64,000 bases of DNA from Candidatus Gottesmanbacteria bacterium (GTDB lineage Bacteria > Patescibacteriota > Microgenomatia > 2-02-FULL-39-11): assembly GCA_016186795.1 (NCBI GenBank), contig JACPKY010000002.1, positions 861,892-925,891 of the forward strand, in the 5' to 3' direction. Below are positions 1 to 9,238 of this stretch, piece after piece; position 1 is the stretch's first letter, and each line of letters opens with the position of its first letter. The notes below the pieces were generated by a model. It saw only the letters and a program-made list of their open reading frames with translations. It was not told where the DNA came from and made no database searches. Both the position numbers and the translations under genes were made by a program.

Positions 1-899
1 ATAAGCGCAAGATTGAATTTCTTAAGACCTTCCATTGTTTCGGAGATTATCCTTTCGTTGTTTCCTGCCAGGTGCAACCCTCCGCATATTCCGTATATTG
101 GGATTTCGGGGAAAAGATCACGCGCATGCGTGAGAACATTTACGACGCCTGCGTGGGAGCATCCGGAAAAAACAAAAATCCCTTTATCTTTTATATTCAC
201 TGCCACAAACCGCTCATCCATAATGAGCGGATCCGGCTGCCACGAATCTGTACCAGGCTCTCGTCTCATGTGGCCAGGGAATCCCGTTTCGTATTTGGTC
301 ACGCGGGGGATCTCTCCGCTGATATAAAACATACTGTCAGAAGTCAGCTGCGGATCTCTGGAATTTATGACATTTGTTCCGGCCTTTGTAAGCGCGTTTG
401 GGCTAGGAACTGATTCAAACCTGTCTATCTTCCCATCCGGTTTCATCATCCCCCGTTCAGCAAACATATCAGGATGAACAAAACAATCTACTTGCTCATG
501 CCCACGCTCCTTGACACATGCCTCAATCGCAGGCACAAGGCCGGCACCATGATCCCAGTGACCGTGAGAGAAAACAATAGAGTTGATAGAAGCATGGTCT
601 ATTCCGAGTATCTCGGCATTTCTCAAGTACGTTGATGCATCAGGACCAGTATCAAAAAGCAAAGAATGACCGACGTCACCCTGATGAGTGGTAATCAGTA
701 GAGAAAGCCCATGATGAGCGCAGCATGTGGCTTTACCAGACAGCTCTGTCAATCGGCCTTTCTGTTTAAGATATTTCCATTCAGATGATACGTTGTCTGG
801 ATTTGAGGACAAGCTATCAGTGGTATTGTCTACTAACACTAACACCTCAAGGCGGTCTATCTGTTTGAGATTATGTTTCTTCATGTTCATTTGCTTCAT
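1..899 (-). CDS. MBL-fold metallo-hydrolase, 3' partial (C-terminus runs off window start); not in ORF track because the reading frame has no stop inside the window
   Basis: Hand translation of minus strand from ATG at 899..897 gives MKQMNMKKHN...FSHGHWDHGAGLVPAIE (HxHxDH metallo-beta-lactamase motif) ...HPD...SGCSHAG; open to position 1. Confidence 0.75.
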   Translation of the reverse strand, partial: MKQMNMKKHNLKQIDRLEVLVLVDNTTDSLSSNPDNVSSEWKYLKQKGRLTELSGKATCCAHHGLSLLITTHQGDVGHSLLFDTGPDASTYLRNAEILGIDHASINSIVFSHGHWDHGAGLVPAIEACVKERGHEQVDCFVHPDMFAERGMMKPDGKIDRFESVPSPNALTKAGTNVINSRDPQLTSDSMFYISGEIPRVTKYETGFPGHMRREPGTDSWQPDPLIMDERFVAVNIKDKGIFVFSGCSHAGVVNVLTHARDLFPEIPIYGICGGLHLAGNNERIISETMEGLKKFNLAL

Positions 900-908
900 T
901 TCCCAACT

Positions 909-940
909 GGCGGGAGACCATATACAAAGTTAGAACCTAT
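909..940. repeat. 32-bp intergenic motif copy 1 (ggcgggagaccatatacaaagttagaacctat) upstream of MBL hydrolase gene
   Basis: 31/32 identical to copy at 9110..9141, both just upstream of minus-strand gene starts. Confidence 0.6.
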
Positions 941-971
941 TTTGCCTCCCTTAACTGCAATAACTAAGCCT

Positions 972-1412
972 TTATCCAATATCAAATCTAAAAAACCTTT
1001 CTGTAGTTTTTCCACCACTCTTCTCATAAAAATGATGAGCCCTTACTAGATCATTTCCACTATGTAATTTTATTACCTTAATGTTATTTTTACGGCAATA
1101 ATCTTTTATTGAGGAAAATAAAAATGTTCCAATCCCTTTACCACGAGCTTTTCCTGTAATGAAAAAATCTTCGATATGTCCTCTTTTGAGACCATGTCTT
1201 ATATTTGGTAAAAGATAAAAAGTTGCCAATCCTAACAATTGGCCCTTTTCTTCGACAATAAATATCTTTGTGTCAGTTCTACTGATTATTTCATCAAACA
1301 TATAACTGCCAACTTTTGAAGGTATATCTTTGGCTTTTATCATTAAACTAAATTCATCAAATAATTTAAGAACTTGAGTCTTATCATTCGATGTTGCAAC
1401 TCGAACATTCAT
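972..1412 (-). CDS. GNAT family N-acetyltransferase
   Basis: 146 aa; acetyl-CoA binding motif A-like GKARGKGIG and overall GNAT fold pattern. Confidence 0.8.
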   Translation of the reverse strand: MNVRVATSNDKTQVLKLFDEFSLMIKAKDIPSKVGSYMFDEIISRTDTKIFIVEEKGQLLGLATFYLLPNIRHGLKRGHIEDFFITGKARGKGIGTFLFSSIKDYCRKNNIKVIKLHSGNDLVRAHHFYEKSGGKTTERFFRFDIG

Positions 1413-1449
1413 AGAAGATTTTATTAAAGGTTATAACTTGATATATTTT

Positions 1450-1531
1450 GCGGAGGGTACAGGACTCGAACCTGTAAGGGATTTCTCCCGCTAGTTTTCA
1501 AGACTAGTGCCATACCATTAGGCGAACCCTC
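1450..1531 (-). tRNA. tRNA-Ser (anticodon UGA), type II with long variable arm
   Basis: Minus-strand read GGAGGGT..GCC-TAATGGTAT-GGC..CTAGT-CTTGAAA-ACTAG (loop CUUGAAA, anticodon TGA) long variable arm, T-arm ACAGG-TTCGAGT-CCTGT, acceptor ACCCTCC+G. Confidence 0.75.
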
Positions 1532-1579
1532 CGGAGCCCAATTATAGCAAGTTTGAAGGGAAAAAAATAGAAAAAAGGA

Positions 1580-2203
1580 TTACTTTGTTATTTCGTTTTC
1601 GACTAGACTTTTTAACTCCTCTGGTCCGGCAAGATTGAGTTTCTTGCCATTTAAAAAAAATGTGGGAGTGGCGTTTACTCCAAATCTCCCACCGTCTAAC
1701 ATATCCTGAGAGATTAACTCTTGTGTTTCATTACTTTCGAAATCTTTCGTAAATTGCTCTTTTCCCAAACCAAGGATTTGAATCGCGTCATTGAGAAGAT
1801 CATCAGATAAACCGTCCTGATTGTCAAAAAGGAAGTCATGCATTTCCCAGAATTTCCCTTGTTTGGAAGCTGCTATTGCTGCTTGGGCAGCTTTTTTCCC
1901 AAATGGATGTTGAAGGAGCGGAAAATGACGGTAGACAAAATATATTTTGTCCTGATTTGTTTTGACAATCCTATCTACAATTGGGGAAAATGCTCGACAT
2001 GCAGGACATTGGAAGTCCGAAAATTCAACAAGGTACGTTGTTGCAGTGGCTGAACCTGTTGCAGAGAGAGTAGCTTTTGGAATGAGTTCATCTTTTGAAA
2101 CCGTCGGCTCGGGTAGAGAAGAAAGAAAAAAAGCAACCCCAAAGATTGCCAGAATTGAAATAAAAATACCAATAAATAACTTTGTTTCTGCGGTGATTTT
2201 CAT
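1580..2203 (-). CDS. DsbA-like thioredoxin-fold thiol:disulfide oxidoreductase with N-terminal membrane anchor
   Basis: 207 aa; N-terminal TM; CPAC active site in FSDFQCPACRAF context. Confidence 0.8.
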   Translation of the reverse strand: MKITAETKLFIGIFISILAIFGVAFFLSSLPEPTVSKDELIPKATLSATGSATATTYLVEFSDFQCPACRAFSPIVDRIVKTNQDKIYFVYRHFPLLQHPFGKKAAQAAIAASKQGKFWEMHDFLFDNQDGLSDDLLNDAIQILGLGKEQFTKDFESNETQELISQDMLDGGRFGVNATPTFFLNGKKLNLAGPEELKSLVENEITK

Positions 2204-2637
2204 AGGAGTTTACCTATCGTATTTATGTAGCTTTTGAGGGTAAAGGAAAATATAACCATCATATTTAGAGCAGAAACTGCACACCACGTGCAGATAGCGC
2301 CAATAATGAAAATTTCTGTAAGTGTAAACCAAGAAACAAACAATATACCAAAAGTCGAAACCGCCAGTATTCCCAAAAGGAGTTTTTTATTGGAAGACAT
2401 TGTACGAAGAAACGCTAATAGCGCAATGATTGAATAGCCTACTAGTCCGAATGTCGGCACAGGGATTCCGAAGATATAACTCGATGGACTTTTCCGTACA
2501 ACCTCACATCCCGTATTAATACAAACAATTGACGTTTGCCGAAGAAAACTTTGCAAGACATAAATTGCAATAAGTACTCCAATGACAGAGAGGACAAAAA
2601 TAATTCGATTATCCCTATCGCTTGACGATTTCCTCAT
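2200..2637 (-). CDS. Vitamin K epoxide reductase (VKOR) family membrane protein
   Basis: 145 aa, 4 TM; loop Cys pair CINTGC and TM CxxC (CTWC); 4-bp overlap with adjacent DsbA-like gene (DsbA-VKOR pairing). Confidence 0.7.
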   Translation of the reverse strand: MRKSSSDRDNRIIFVLSVIGVLIAIYVLQSFLRQTSIVCINTGCEVVRKSPSSYIFGIPVPTFGLVGYSIIALLAFLRTMSSNKKLLLGILAVSTFGILFVSWFTLTEIFIIGAICTWCAVSALNMMVIFSFTLKSYINTIGKLL

Positions 2638-2731
2638 AGTATTTTTCTTTGACGCTTATTATAATCGAAGCAGAGCCATATTCTGTGATATACATCACTG
2701 TAGTATATTCATCGTACGCTACAATACCACT

Positions 2732-3163
2732 ATGCCTATACCACTAAATATCCTTGAATATCTCAAAAATAAGAAACAGAAATTTTGTACCCTTGCAACA
2801 GCAACCGCAGATGGAAGACCGCACGCGAGTATGTTGAAATACGCCATCATGGAAGATGGAACTCTTATCCTTGCCACGCACAAAAATACGAAGAAATGGT
2901 ATGACCTAACGGAAAACGGCCATGTAGCACTCGTTATAGGAACATCTTTTGAAGAATTAAACGTCCAAATACATGGCAATGCTACTATTGCAGATGAAAA
3001 TGGCAAGAAACAGATCGAGGCATATACTGCTACCCATCCATATCTTGGGGAAATTAAAGATAATCCAGATGTCGTGTTTATTATTATTCAACCAACATGG
3101 ATACGAACAACTGATTTTTCCAAGCAACCACCGGAGAAAACGGAGGCAACAATTCCTGTCTAA
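2732..3163 (+). CDS. Pyridoxamine 5'-phosphate oxidase family (FMN-binding split barrel) protein
   Basis: ORF 2582..3163; likely start at MPIPLNILEYL (2732); pattern ...ATATADGRPHASMLKY...DGTLILATHKNTKKW... typical of PNPOx-like/general stress protein 26 family. Confidence 0.6.
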   Translation: MPIPLNILEYLKNKKQKFCTLATATADGRPHASMLKYAIMEDGTLILATHKNTKKWYDLTENGHVALVIGTSFEELNVQIHGNATIADENGKKQIEAYTATHPYLGEIKDNPDVVFIIIQPTWIRTTDFSKQPPEKTEATIPV

Positions 3164-3168
3164 ATCGT

Positions 3169-3372
3169 ATGTGCTTTACCATACCGGCACGAGTCCTAAA
3201 ATCGTCTCATAACTTGGTAACTGTTGAAGGAGGAAAAACAGTTCTATTAGGAAATGACCTCACCGTTAAAAAAGGTGAGTATGTCCAAGTTGTAGGCAAT
3301 ATGGCGGTTGGAAAACTCTCGTCACACGAAGGACTACGCATAAGAAAACTTATTCGGTCTCTAAACCAATAA
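3169..3372 (+). CDS. hypC: [NiFe]-hydrogenase maturation chaperone HypC/HybG/HupF family
   Basis: 67 aa beginning MCFTIPARV (MC[LIF]xIP signature with Cys2), OB-fold size. Confidence 0.85.
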   Translation: MCFTIPARVLKSSHNLVTVEGGKTVLLGNDLTVKKGEYVQVVGNMAVGKLSSHEGLRIRKLIRSLNQ

Positions 3373-3373
3373 A

Positions 3374-4291
3374 ATGACAGATACGATAAAGCGGGGTTTA
3401 GTTTTTGCACTTTTTGCGGCGTTCATCTCCGGATTTTCCATTTTTTACAACAAGCTTATTATTGTCAAAGGTATTGATCCACAGATATTCAATATTCTCA
3501 AAAATGGCGGGGCTGCAGTGGTTCTTTTTTCTTATCTTTTGGCGAGTAAAAAAATAATCTCTCTCACCAAACTTTCAACATCCTCTTTCGGGAAACTTCT
3601 TTTTATTGCATTTATCGGCGGAAGTATTCCCTTTATTCTCTACTTTGAGGGACTGAAAACAACTCCGGCGCTGACTGCAAACATTATCCAAAAAAGTATG
3701 TTTCTGTGGGTTGCAATTTTTGCAATTCCAATCTTGAAAGAAACAATCAACCGGTGGCAACTGATTGGATATTTTCTTGTTTTGGGAAGTAATTTTGTAA
3801 TCGGTGGATTCCAAGGATTTGCAGGAAATGTTGGTGAACTTCTTATTTTTGCTGCTACTCTTTTCTGGTCTTTGGAAAATATTATTGCAAAAGATGTACT
3901 GAAAAATGTCGATGCAACTGTCGGAGCGTGGTCGCGAATGTTTCTGGGGGCTCTTATTATTGGAGGATTTGTGGCGTTTCAGGGAAAACTTGGGCTGCTC
4001 TTTTCTCTAACACTATCTCAAATTCTGCCGATTTTCGTAAGTATTATACTCCTCACTTTGTATGTCACAACCTGGTATAAGGCTCTGAAACTTGCTCCAG
4101 CAACAGCTGTAACCGCTATCCTTATCCTTGCAACCCCCATTACGAATATCCTCACAATGATCTTTATCACCCACACACTCAGCGGTGAACAGATGATCCA
4201 AGCAGGAGTCGCTTTCCTTGGAGTTATTTGTATAGCACTTCTTTCATCTCGTGTGATAATACCGATCCCGACTCGTCTTGGACACACATGA
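3374..4291 (+). CDS. EamA/DMT superfamily transporter (10 TM)
   Basis: 305 aa, two repeated 5-TM halves, no soluble domain. Confidence 0.65.
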   Translation: MTDTIKRGLVFALFAAFISGFSIFYNKLIIVKGIDPQIFNILKNGGAAVVLFSYLLASKKIISLTKLSTSSFGKLLFIAFIGGSIPFILYFEGLKTTPALTANIIQKSMFLWVAIFAIPILKETINRWQLIGYFLVLGSNFVIGGFQGFAGNVGELLIFAATLFWSLENIIAKDVLKNVDATVGAWSRMFLGALIIGGFVAFQGKLGLLFSLTLSQILPIFVSIILLTLYVTTWYKALKLAPATAVTAILILATPITNILTMIFITHTLSGEQMIQAGVAFLGVICIALLSSRVIIPIPTRLGHT

Positions 4292-5013
4292 ACTACCAGG
4301 GACTGAAACTTTGTAGCAAATATGCATTCCCCCCTAACTCTCTTTCTCTTTGCGGACCCCAAAAACAATCTGAACTTTCTTGGTATACAAAAATAGGAAA
4401 AGTAGATAGAGGTGTAAAAGAAATTCTAACTCAATTTTCTACTCTCTATCCGTATCTTTGTCTCATCGCCCGCGAAAACAAAATCAAAGACCCTTTTGAC
4501 TCACGTGTCGTTGAAGCGTATTGGCTTGGAAATACACTCCTCCATTCTATTCCAATCTCACATTTTTCAAATCATATAAAAGAAACGCTTGGTCTAAAGA
4601 AAAGGATAAAAAGGGCTGAATTAGAAAAAACGCTGCAAAAACTTCCGCTTGGTGCACTTCCCCACCATGCATTTCACGTCATGAATATTTATATCCGCAC
4701 CGGACATCTGGGTATACCACACACTATTGAGACAATGGATGCATGCCTTATCAACTGGGGGAAAGTTGTCGATGTTCATCCGACCTTTGTAATTGTTAAT
4801 ACACAAGCACTTATTGAATCTCGTGGTAAATTACATTTCCAGAATGGGAAAAGAAGAAAGATCCAAACATATTCCCGTTCTTTTGTAGTTGGTGATTTTA
4901 TCTCGTATCACTGGGGGTGGGCATGCGAAAGACTAACTGCTGCAAAACTTCGTAACCTTATTTTCTACACGAATCGTTCTTTTGGACTAGCCAATATACC
5001 GTCCCTCCAATGA
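4288..5013 (+). CDS. Hypothetical protein embedded in hydrogenase maturation operon (ATGA overlaps on both sides)
   Basis: ORF 4228..5013; likely start MNYQGLKL at 4288 overlapping DMT stop (ATGA); no recognisable motifs; translationally coupled to protease gene at 5010. Confidence 0.5.
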   Translation: MNYQGLKLCSKYAFPPNSLSLCGPQKQSELSWYTKIGKVDRGVKEILTQFSTLYPYLCLIARENKIKDPFDSRVVEAYWLGNTLLHSIPISHFSNHIKETLGLKKRIKRAELEKTLQKLPLGALPHHAFHVMNIYIRTGHLGIPHTIETMDACLINWGKVVDVHPTFVIVNTQALIESRGKLHFQNGKRRKIQTYSRSFVVGDFISYHWGWACERLTAAKLRNLIFYTNRSFGLANIPSLQ

Positions 5014-5399
5014 AAAGAATCATCCTTGTTGTAGGCAACGAATTTCTGCCAATGGATAATAAACCGATAAAACTTTTGCCCTTTTTGGGGAAATTATTTC
5101 CCGAATTTCATTTCCTCCACTTCGATCCTACAGAGGAGCTGCCGGAAAATATCGGAGATTCTCTTGTTTGTATTGATACGGTCTCTGGAACTACAAATGT
5201 GAAATGTATTACTTCGCTTCAAAGTTTTTCTCAACCCCCTCGAAACTCTGTTCACGATTTTGACCTCTATACCCAACTATCACTTTTACAAAAAATGGGG
5301 AAACTAAAAAAACTGTTTATCATTGGAGTTCCTCAAAAGGGAAATTTTGCTCGTATCAAAAAAGAGATAAAAGAAATTTTTACTTCCAGTGGATTTTAA
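5010..5399 (+). CDS. Putative hydrogenase maturation endopeptidase (HycI/HyaD/FrhD-like)
   Basis: 129 aa; N-terminal MKRIILVVGNEFLPMDN (cf. ILVLGxGNxLxxDDG), SVHDF and IIGVPQ blocks matching protease family; sits opposite hydrogenase large subunit. Confidence 0.55.
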   Translation: MKRIILVVGNEFLPMDNKPIKLLPFLGKLFPEFHFLHFDPTEELPENIGDSLVCIDTVSGTTNVKCITSLQSFSQPPRNSVHDFDLYTQLSLLQKMGKLKKLFIIGVPQKGNFARIKKEIKEIFTSSGF

Positions 5400-6672
5400 G
5401 GAAATGAGAGGCGCAACTCATACAAGGATCGTAGGCTCGAACGATACGTTCTACTTCGTATTCTATCTTCTCTTTTGAATCAATATTTGCAATATTTTTT
5501 TCCAGGAACTTTCGAATACTTCCCTCGATGCTTATTTGGTTTTGTCCGGTGGGCACAACAATTCTCCCAGTTTTTATTTTCCCGGATGCATCCACTTCAA
5601 GTTTATAATAGAGTGCACCACGGGGTGCCTCAATAACTCCTATGCCAGTTCCTTCTTGTCGTTTAATTGGAAGTGGTTTTTCGGGTAGTACCCTCAAATT
5701 TTTTAAAATATCAATCGATGAATCAACCGCATGGAGAATCTCAATTGCCTGAGCAAGATTGTTATGAAAGATATTCTTTGACGGAAAAACCTCGAGGTAT
5801 TTCTTTGTGCTCTCCTTCGTTTTCGGATGTAAGTATTGTTTTGCCAGATTGAGCCGTGCCAGGGCACCAACCATATAGACGTTCCCATCGAATCGGTACC
5901 CTGATGCATGCGAGTAAGGAATAACAACGTGTTCAAGATATTCTCCATATTTTTCTGAATCGACACTTTCTCCATCGCTTCGAATAAGATTTCCGTAAAG
6001 GAATGAATACTCACTATCTACAACTGCGGCAAAATCCAGATCGTCAATAATAAGTGTTGTATCTTTTTCAAAAAAAAGTTTAATTAGATCAAGAATACGC
6101 GGACGAGTGGCTTGAAGCTCTGCCAACGACTTTTGCAGTTCTTCATGAAGAGGAAGTCTCGTAAATCCTCCTACTGTAGCAAAAGGAGCATGAACAGATC
6201 TCCCTCCTACAACAATACTTAGGTTATTTCCCGCAGCCTTTACCGCAAATGTATCATCAAGATACTTATGTTCCAGGCTGTTTTGCACGTCAAAATCTAA
6301 GATTGAATCCTTTCCGAAAATATCAGGCAGAACAAACACATACAGGTGAAGCCCATGATCTCGAATGATGAGTCCGAAATTGAGAAGTTTCCGTAGAAGT
6401 ATTGTTTGCAAAGTGGGTTGCAACTTTAACGCATTTTCAACTGCTTTTATCGCACAGAGAAGATGTGCGTTGGAGCACGTACCACAGATTCGTGCAGTAA
6501 GTTGGGGAAGAGCAACAACATCTTTCCCTCGGATCGCCTGGGTATAGAACCGTTTATACTCGGCAATGGTAAACTTCACTTCTTCAACGTTTCCTTCTCG
6601 AACTTTGATATCGCACGATGCTTTCCCCTCTATTTTGGAAATATCAGCAATCGTTAGATCAAGTGTATGCAT
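5380..6672 (-). CDS. [NiFe]-hydrogenase large subunit, group 3 (cytoplasmic, likely 3b-like)
   Basis: N-terminal L1 motif RICGTCSNAH and C-terminal L2 motif DPCMSCASH followed by short tail (protease cleavage site); ORF track start 6714 is TTG, ATG at 6672 (MHTLDL) preferred. Confidence 0.85.
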   Translation of the reverse strand: MHTLDLTIADISKIEGKASCDIKVREGNVEEVKFTIAEYKRFYTQAIRGKDVVALPQLTARICGTCSNAHLLCAIKAVENALKLQPTLQTILLRKLLNFGLIIRDHGLHLYVFVLPDIFGKDSILDFDVQNSLEHKYLDDTFAVKAAGNNLSIVVGGRSVHAPFATVGGFTRLPLHEELQKSLAELQATRPRILDLIKLFFEKDTTLIIDDLDFAAVVDSEYSFLYGNLIRSDGESVDSEKYGEYLEHVVIPYSHASGYRFDGNVYMVGALARLNLAKQYLHPKTKESTKKYLEVFPSKNIFHNNLAQAIEILHAVDSSIDILKNLRVLPEKPLPIKRQEGTGIGVIEAPRGALYYKLEVDASGKIKTGRIVVPTGQNQISIEGSIRKFLEKNIANIDSKEKIEYEVERIVRAYDPCMSCASHFLKIHWK

Positions 6673-6697
6673 AGAGAAAATCCCAAACGAAAAATCT

Positions 6698-7192
6698 TCA
6701 ACCCACAATACCAAATTCTTTTAGATACGTATCCAAAACCGAAACAAAAACTTTCTCATCCATCGGACATCCAGGAACATTCGCATCGACAGGAACAACA
6801 TCACTCACTTTCTTTACTCTTTCAGCATACTGGAAACGAATAATTAACTCTTCTATTTCTTTTTTTAACTCTTCAGGAAAGAGATTTCTCTGCATCGATG
6901 GCATCCCGACACATGCACACGCACCAATAGCGACAAGTTTTTTTGCTTCTTTTCTGATCAAAAGAAGCTGCTCTTCTTGTTTTTTTGATGTTATTGCTCC
7001 TTCGATAAAAGCAACATCGAGATTTTTTATTTCACTTTTTTTCTGCAAAACTATGGCTGAGCAAAATTCTATCCTGGGTAACCACTCTTTGTAATGCTCG
7101 TTGAGAAGTTCTGTAAAGAGAATCGTTGAGTCCTCACAGCATGAAAAGGAAAACCATCCAACTCGGAGTTTCTTTTGAATACTATCCCTCAT
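6698..7192 (-). CDS. [NiFe]-hydrogenase small subunit (short group 3 delta-type, single proximal cluster)
   Basis: 164 aa; SCCEDS, GACACVG, VPGCP cysteine blocks typical of small subunit proximal [4Fe-4S] ligands; immediately upstream of large subunit. Confidence 0.75.
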   Translation of the reverse strand: MRDSIQKKLRVGWFSFSCCEDSTILFTELLNEHYKEWLPRIEFCSAIVLQKKSEIKNLDVAFIEGAITSKKQEEQLLLIRKEAKKLVAIGACACVGMPSMQRNLFPEELKKEIEELIIRFQYAERVKKVSDVVPVDANVPGCPMDEKVFVSVLDTYLKEFGIVG

Positions 7193-7227
7193 ACGTCACA
7201 TTATAGTACAGTATTTCTTTCGGTTTT

Positions 7228-7917
7228 TTGGTGATTTCTCTCACGTTTGCTATACTCTCACCATCTATGGAACAACCTGTTTCAAAAAAGTCACACGATT
7301 TTTTCTCATCATTTCCACAACTTAGTATCAAACGGGGAAGGATACTCATTCATCCATACGACATTTCTAATATCATCTATTTTGTCGAAACTGGATTTAT
7401 ACGCCAGTATATTATCTCAGAATCGGATACGGAAGTAACTGTTAATATCTTTAAACCGTTCTCCTTTTTTCCCATGATGGGAATCATTACCGATTTAAAA
7501 AATAAATACTATTTTGTTGCAGCTTCTGACTGTCGAGTACGACGTGCTCCGGGTAGTCAGGTTCTAGAATTTGTCAAAAAAAATCCGGATGTTTTATTCG
7601 ATCTTTTGAAACGCGTGTATATCGGAGTGGATGGGCTCTTAACACAACTGGAACAGCTTATGTCAGCCGATGCCGAAAAACGCATTACCACGCTTCTTAC
7701 ACTTTTGGGAAAACGCTTTGGAGAAAAGGAAGAAAAAGTTGCTGGAAGACTCAAAATCCGCTTCACACATCAGCAACTTGCATCTCTTACGGGACTTTCT
7801 AGAGAAACAGTTTCCCGACAGATGAAAAAGTTAGAACGCGAAAACTTTTTTAAGATTTCTTCAGGGTATATTTGTCTTCTTCCTCCATCATTTCGGAAGA
7901 AACGTATTCTCTCGTAA
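7228..7917 (+). CDS. Crp/Fnr family transcriptional regulator
   Basis: cNMP-binding beta-roll pattern plus C-terminal HTH QQLASLTGLSRETVSRQMKKLE; start may be 7265 (MEQPV). Confidence 0.75.
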   Translation: MVISLTFAILSPSMEQPVSKKSHDFFSSFPQLSIKRGRILIHPYDISNIIYFVETGFIRQYIISESDTEVTVNIFKPFSFFPMMGIITDLKNKYYFVAASDCRVRRAPGSQVLEFVKKNPDVLFDLLKRVYIGVDGLLTQLEQLMSADAEKRITTLLTLLGKRFGEKEEKVAGRLKIRFTHQQLASLTGLSRETVSRQMKKLERENFFKISSGYICLLPPSFRKKRILS

Positions 7918-9063
7918 GAATTTCGCAACAGACTCTGCAACAATCCTCGTACCCTCCGCATTGAAGTGTGCGTCAATGGGAAAAAAGGAGTAACCATTGT
8001 CTCGATTTTTATCAAACTCGGGAAAAAGATCAAACACCGAGATACCTTCCTGCAAGAGAGTTTCCTTAATCCGCTTTTGGATAAAATCTTCATTTCCTTT
8101 TTGCGGGTACCACTTCATCCCAAACCGTGAATATTTCTGGCCTGACTCTGGATAGAGTTGCACATCAACCGGCATCAAAACAACAATAAACTTGCTGTTA
8201 TGTTGCTCTACTAATTGCTTCATGGCTGTAATAAGCGTATACAACTTCTGTTCTTCAGGGCCGAAGAGATGAATACAGTCTGGGTGCAATACACATCCCA
8301 TCATTAATTCCCCTTTTGTCGACAACTGTTCAGACCGTCTGAAAAAAGGGAAATATTTTCCCAATGTATCAGAGAGAAGAATAAAAAAATGCGATTCCCG
8401 TAAAAGCGGGTACCGGTATTTAAAATCAATGACTTTATTTCGGAAAATCCGCTCGTCAACGACATGGCAACAGGACTCGATGCGTTCCGGAAGACCGGAG
8501 GTATCTACTTTTTCCCAACTATTTTCGGCAATGTCAGATATATCGTTCCAGACGAACAGATTTAGAATTACAATATCCGGCTTCAGCTGGATTCCGCTAT
8601 TTTTAAGATACACATAGAATGTGTCAGGACTAAGTCCTCCGACGTATCCCCCATTTATCACCTCAACATTGGAGTTTCCAGTGCTTTGTAAGAATTTCTC
8701 AAGTAAGTATGGATATGTCTCTTCATCACTTACTCCCCACCCGAATGTCATAGAGTCTCCGATTATTAAAATCCGTGTCGACCCTTCCCTTTTTTCTTTC
8801 GTAAACTCGCTATTACGGTACCCAAGACTATTTAGGGTAGCGTACGTATCGAATTCTCCTTGCGAATTTGTCATGTGACAGTTATAGCTTTTCCCGAGAG
8901 TAAACGGAATATTTGGATCTTCTGCGTAACAGTCGATAGAAAGTTTTACCGCCTGAGAATATGTTATTTGCGGAGAGAACGTGTGAATCAAAAGTTCTAG
9001 AACAAAAAAAGTAAAAAAACAAGTAAAAATCGAGAAGAGGAAAATTTTAAGAGTTTTTTGCAT
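7888..9063 (-). CDS. SGNH/GDSL hydrolase family protein with N-terminal membrane anchor
   Basis: 391 aa; block I ILIIGDSMTFGWG and block V DAHFNAEG (DxxH). Confidence 0.7.
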   Translation of the reverse strand: MQKTLKIFLFSIFTCFFTFFVLELLIHTFSPQITYSQAVKLSIDCYAEDPNIPFTLGKSYNCHMTNSQGEFDTYATLNSLGYRNSEFTKEKREGSTRILIIGDSMTFGWGVSDEETYPYLLEKFLQSTGNSNVEVINGGYVGGLSPDTFYVYLKNSGIQLKPDIVILNLFVWNDISDIAENSWEKVDTSGLPERIESCCHVVDERIFRNKVIDFKYRYPLLRESHFFILLSDTLGKYFPFFRRSEQLSTKGELMMGCVLHPDCIHLFGPEEQKLYTLITAMKQLVEQHNSKFIVVLMPVDVQLYPESGQKYSRFGMKWYPQKGNEDFIQKRIKETLLQEGISVFDLFPEFDKNRDNGYSFFPIDAHFNAEGTRIVAESVAKFLRENTFLPK

Positions 9064-9109
9064 ACTGGCCTTTGCTATTTCTATTATCGATCATAACAGT
9101 ATGCAAAAA

Positions 9110-9141
9110 GGCAGGAGACCATATACAAAGTTAGAACCTAT
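9110..9141. repeat. 32-bp intergenic motif copy 2 (ggcaggagaccatatacaaagttagaacctat) upstream of SGNH hydrolase gene
   Basis: Direct comparison with 909..940. Confidence 0.6.
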
Positions 9142-9238
9142 ATATCCTATTCAATTTCCCCTCAATATATCATCTCATGTTAATCCCGGCGAAGAAATTT
9201 TTTTAAATTTTGTCCCCAGCTGCGAGAGCGTATCCGAG

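Noticed and set aside
13-413. Plus-strand ORFs 13..327 and 72..413 from the six-frame track
   Set aside because: They lie antisense to a clearly recognisable MBL-fold hydrolase gene (HGHWDHGAG motif on the minus strand), which the track omitted because it has no stop within the window. They are shadow ORFs.
7770-8093. Minus-strand 107-aa ORF overlapping the 3' end of the Crp/Fnr gene and the SGNH hydrolase
   Set aside because: It lies out of frame inside two better-supported genes. It has no motifs and is low-complexity, so it is probably spurious.
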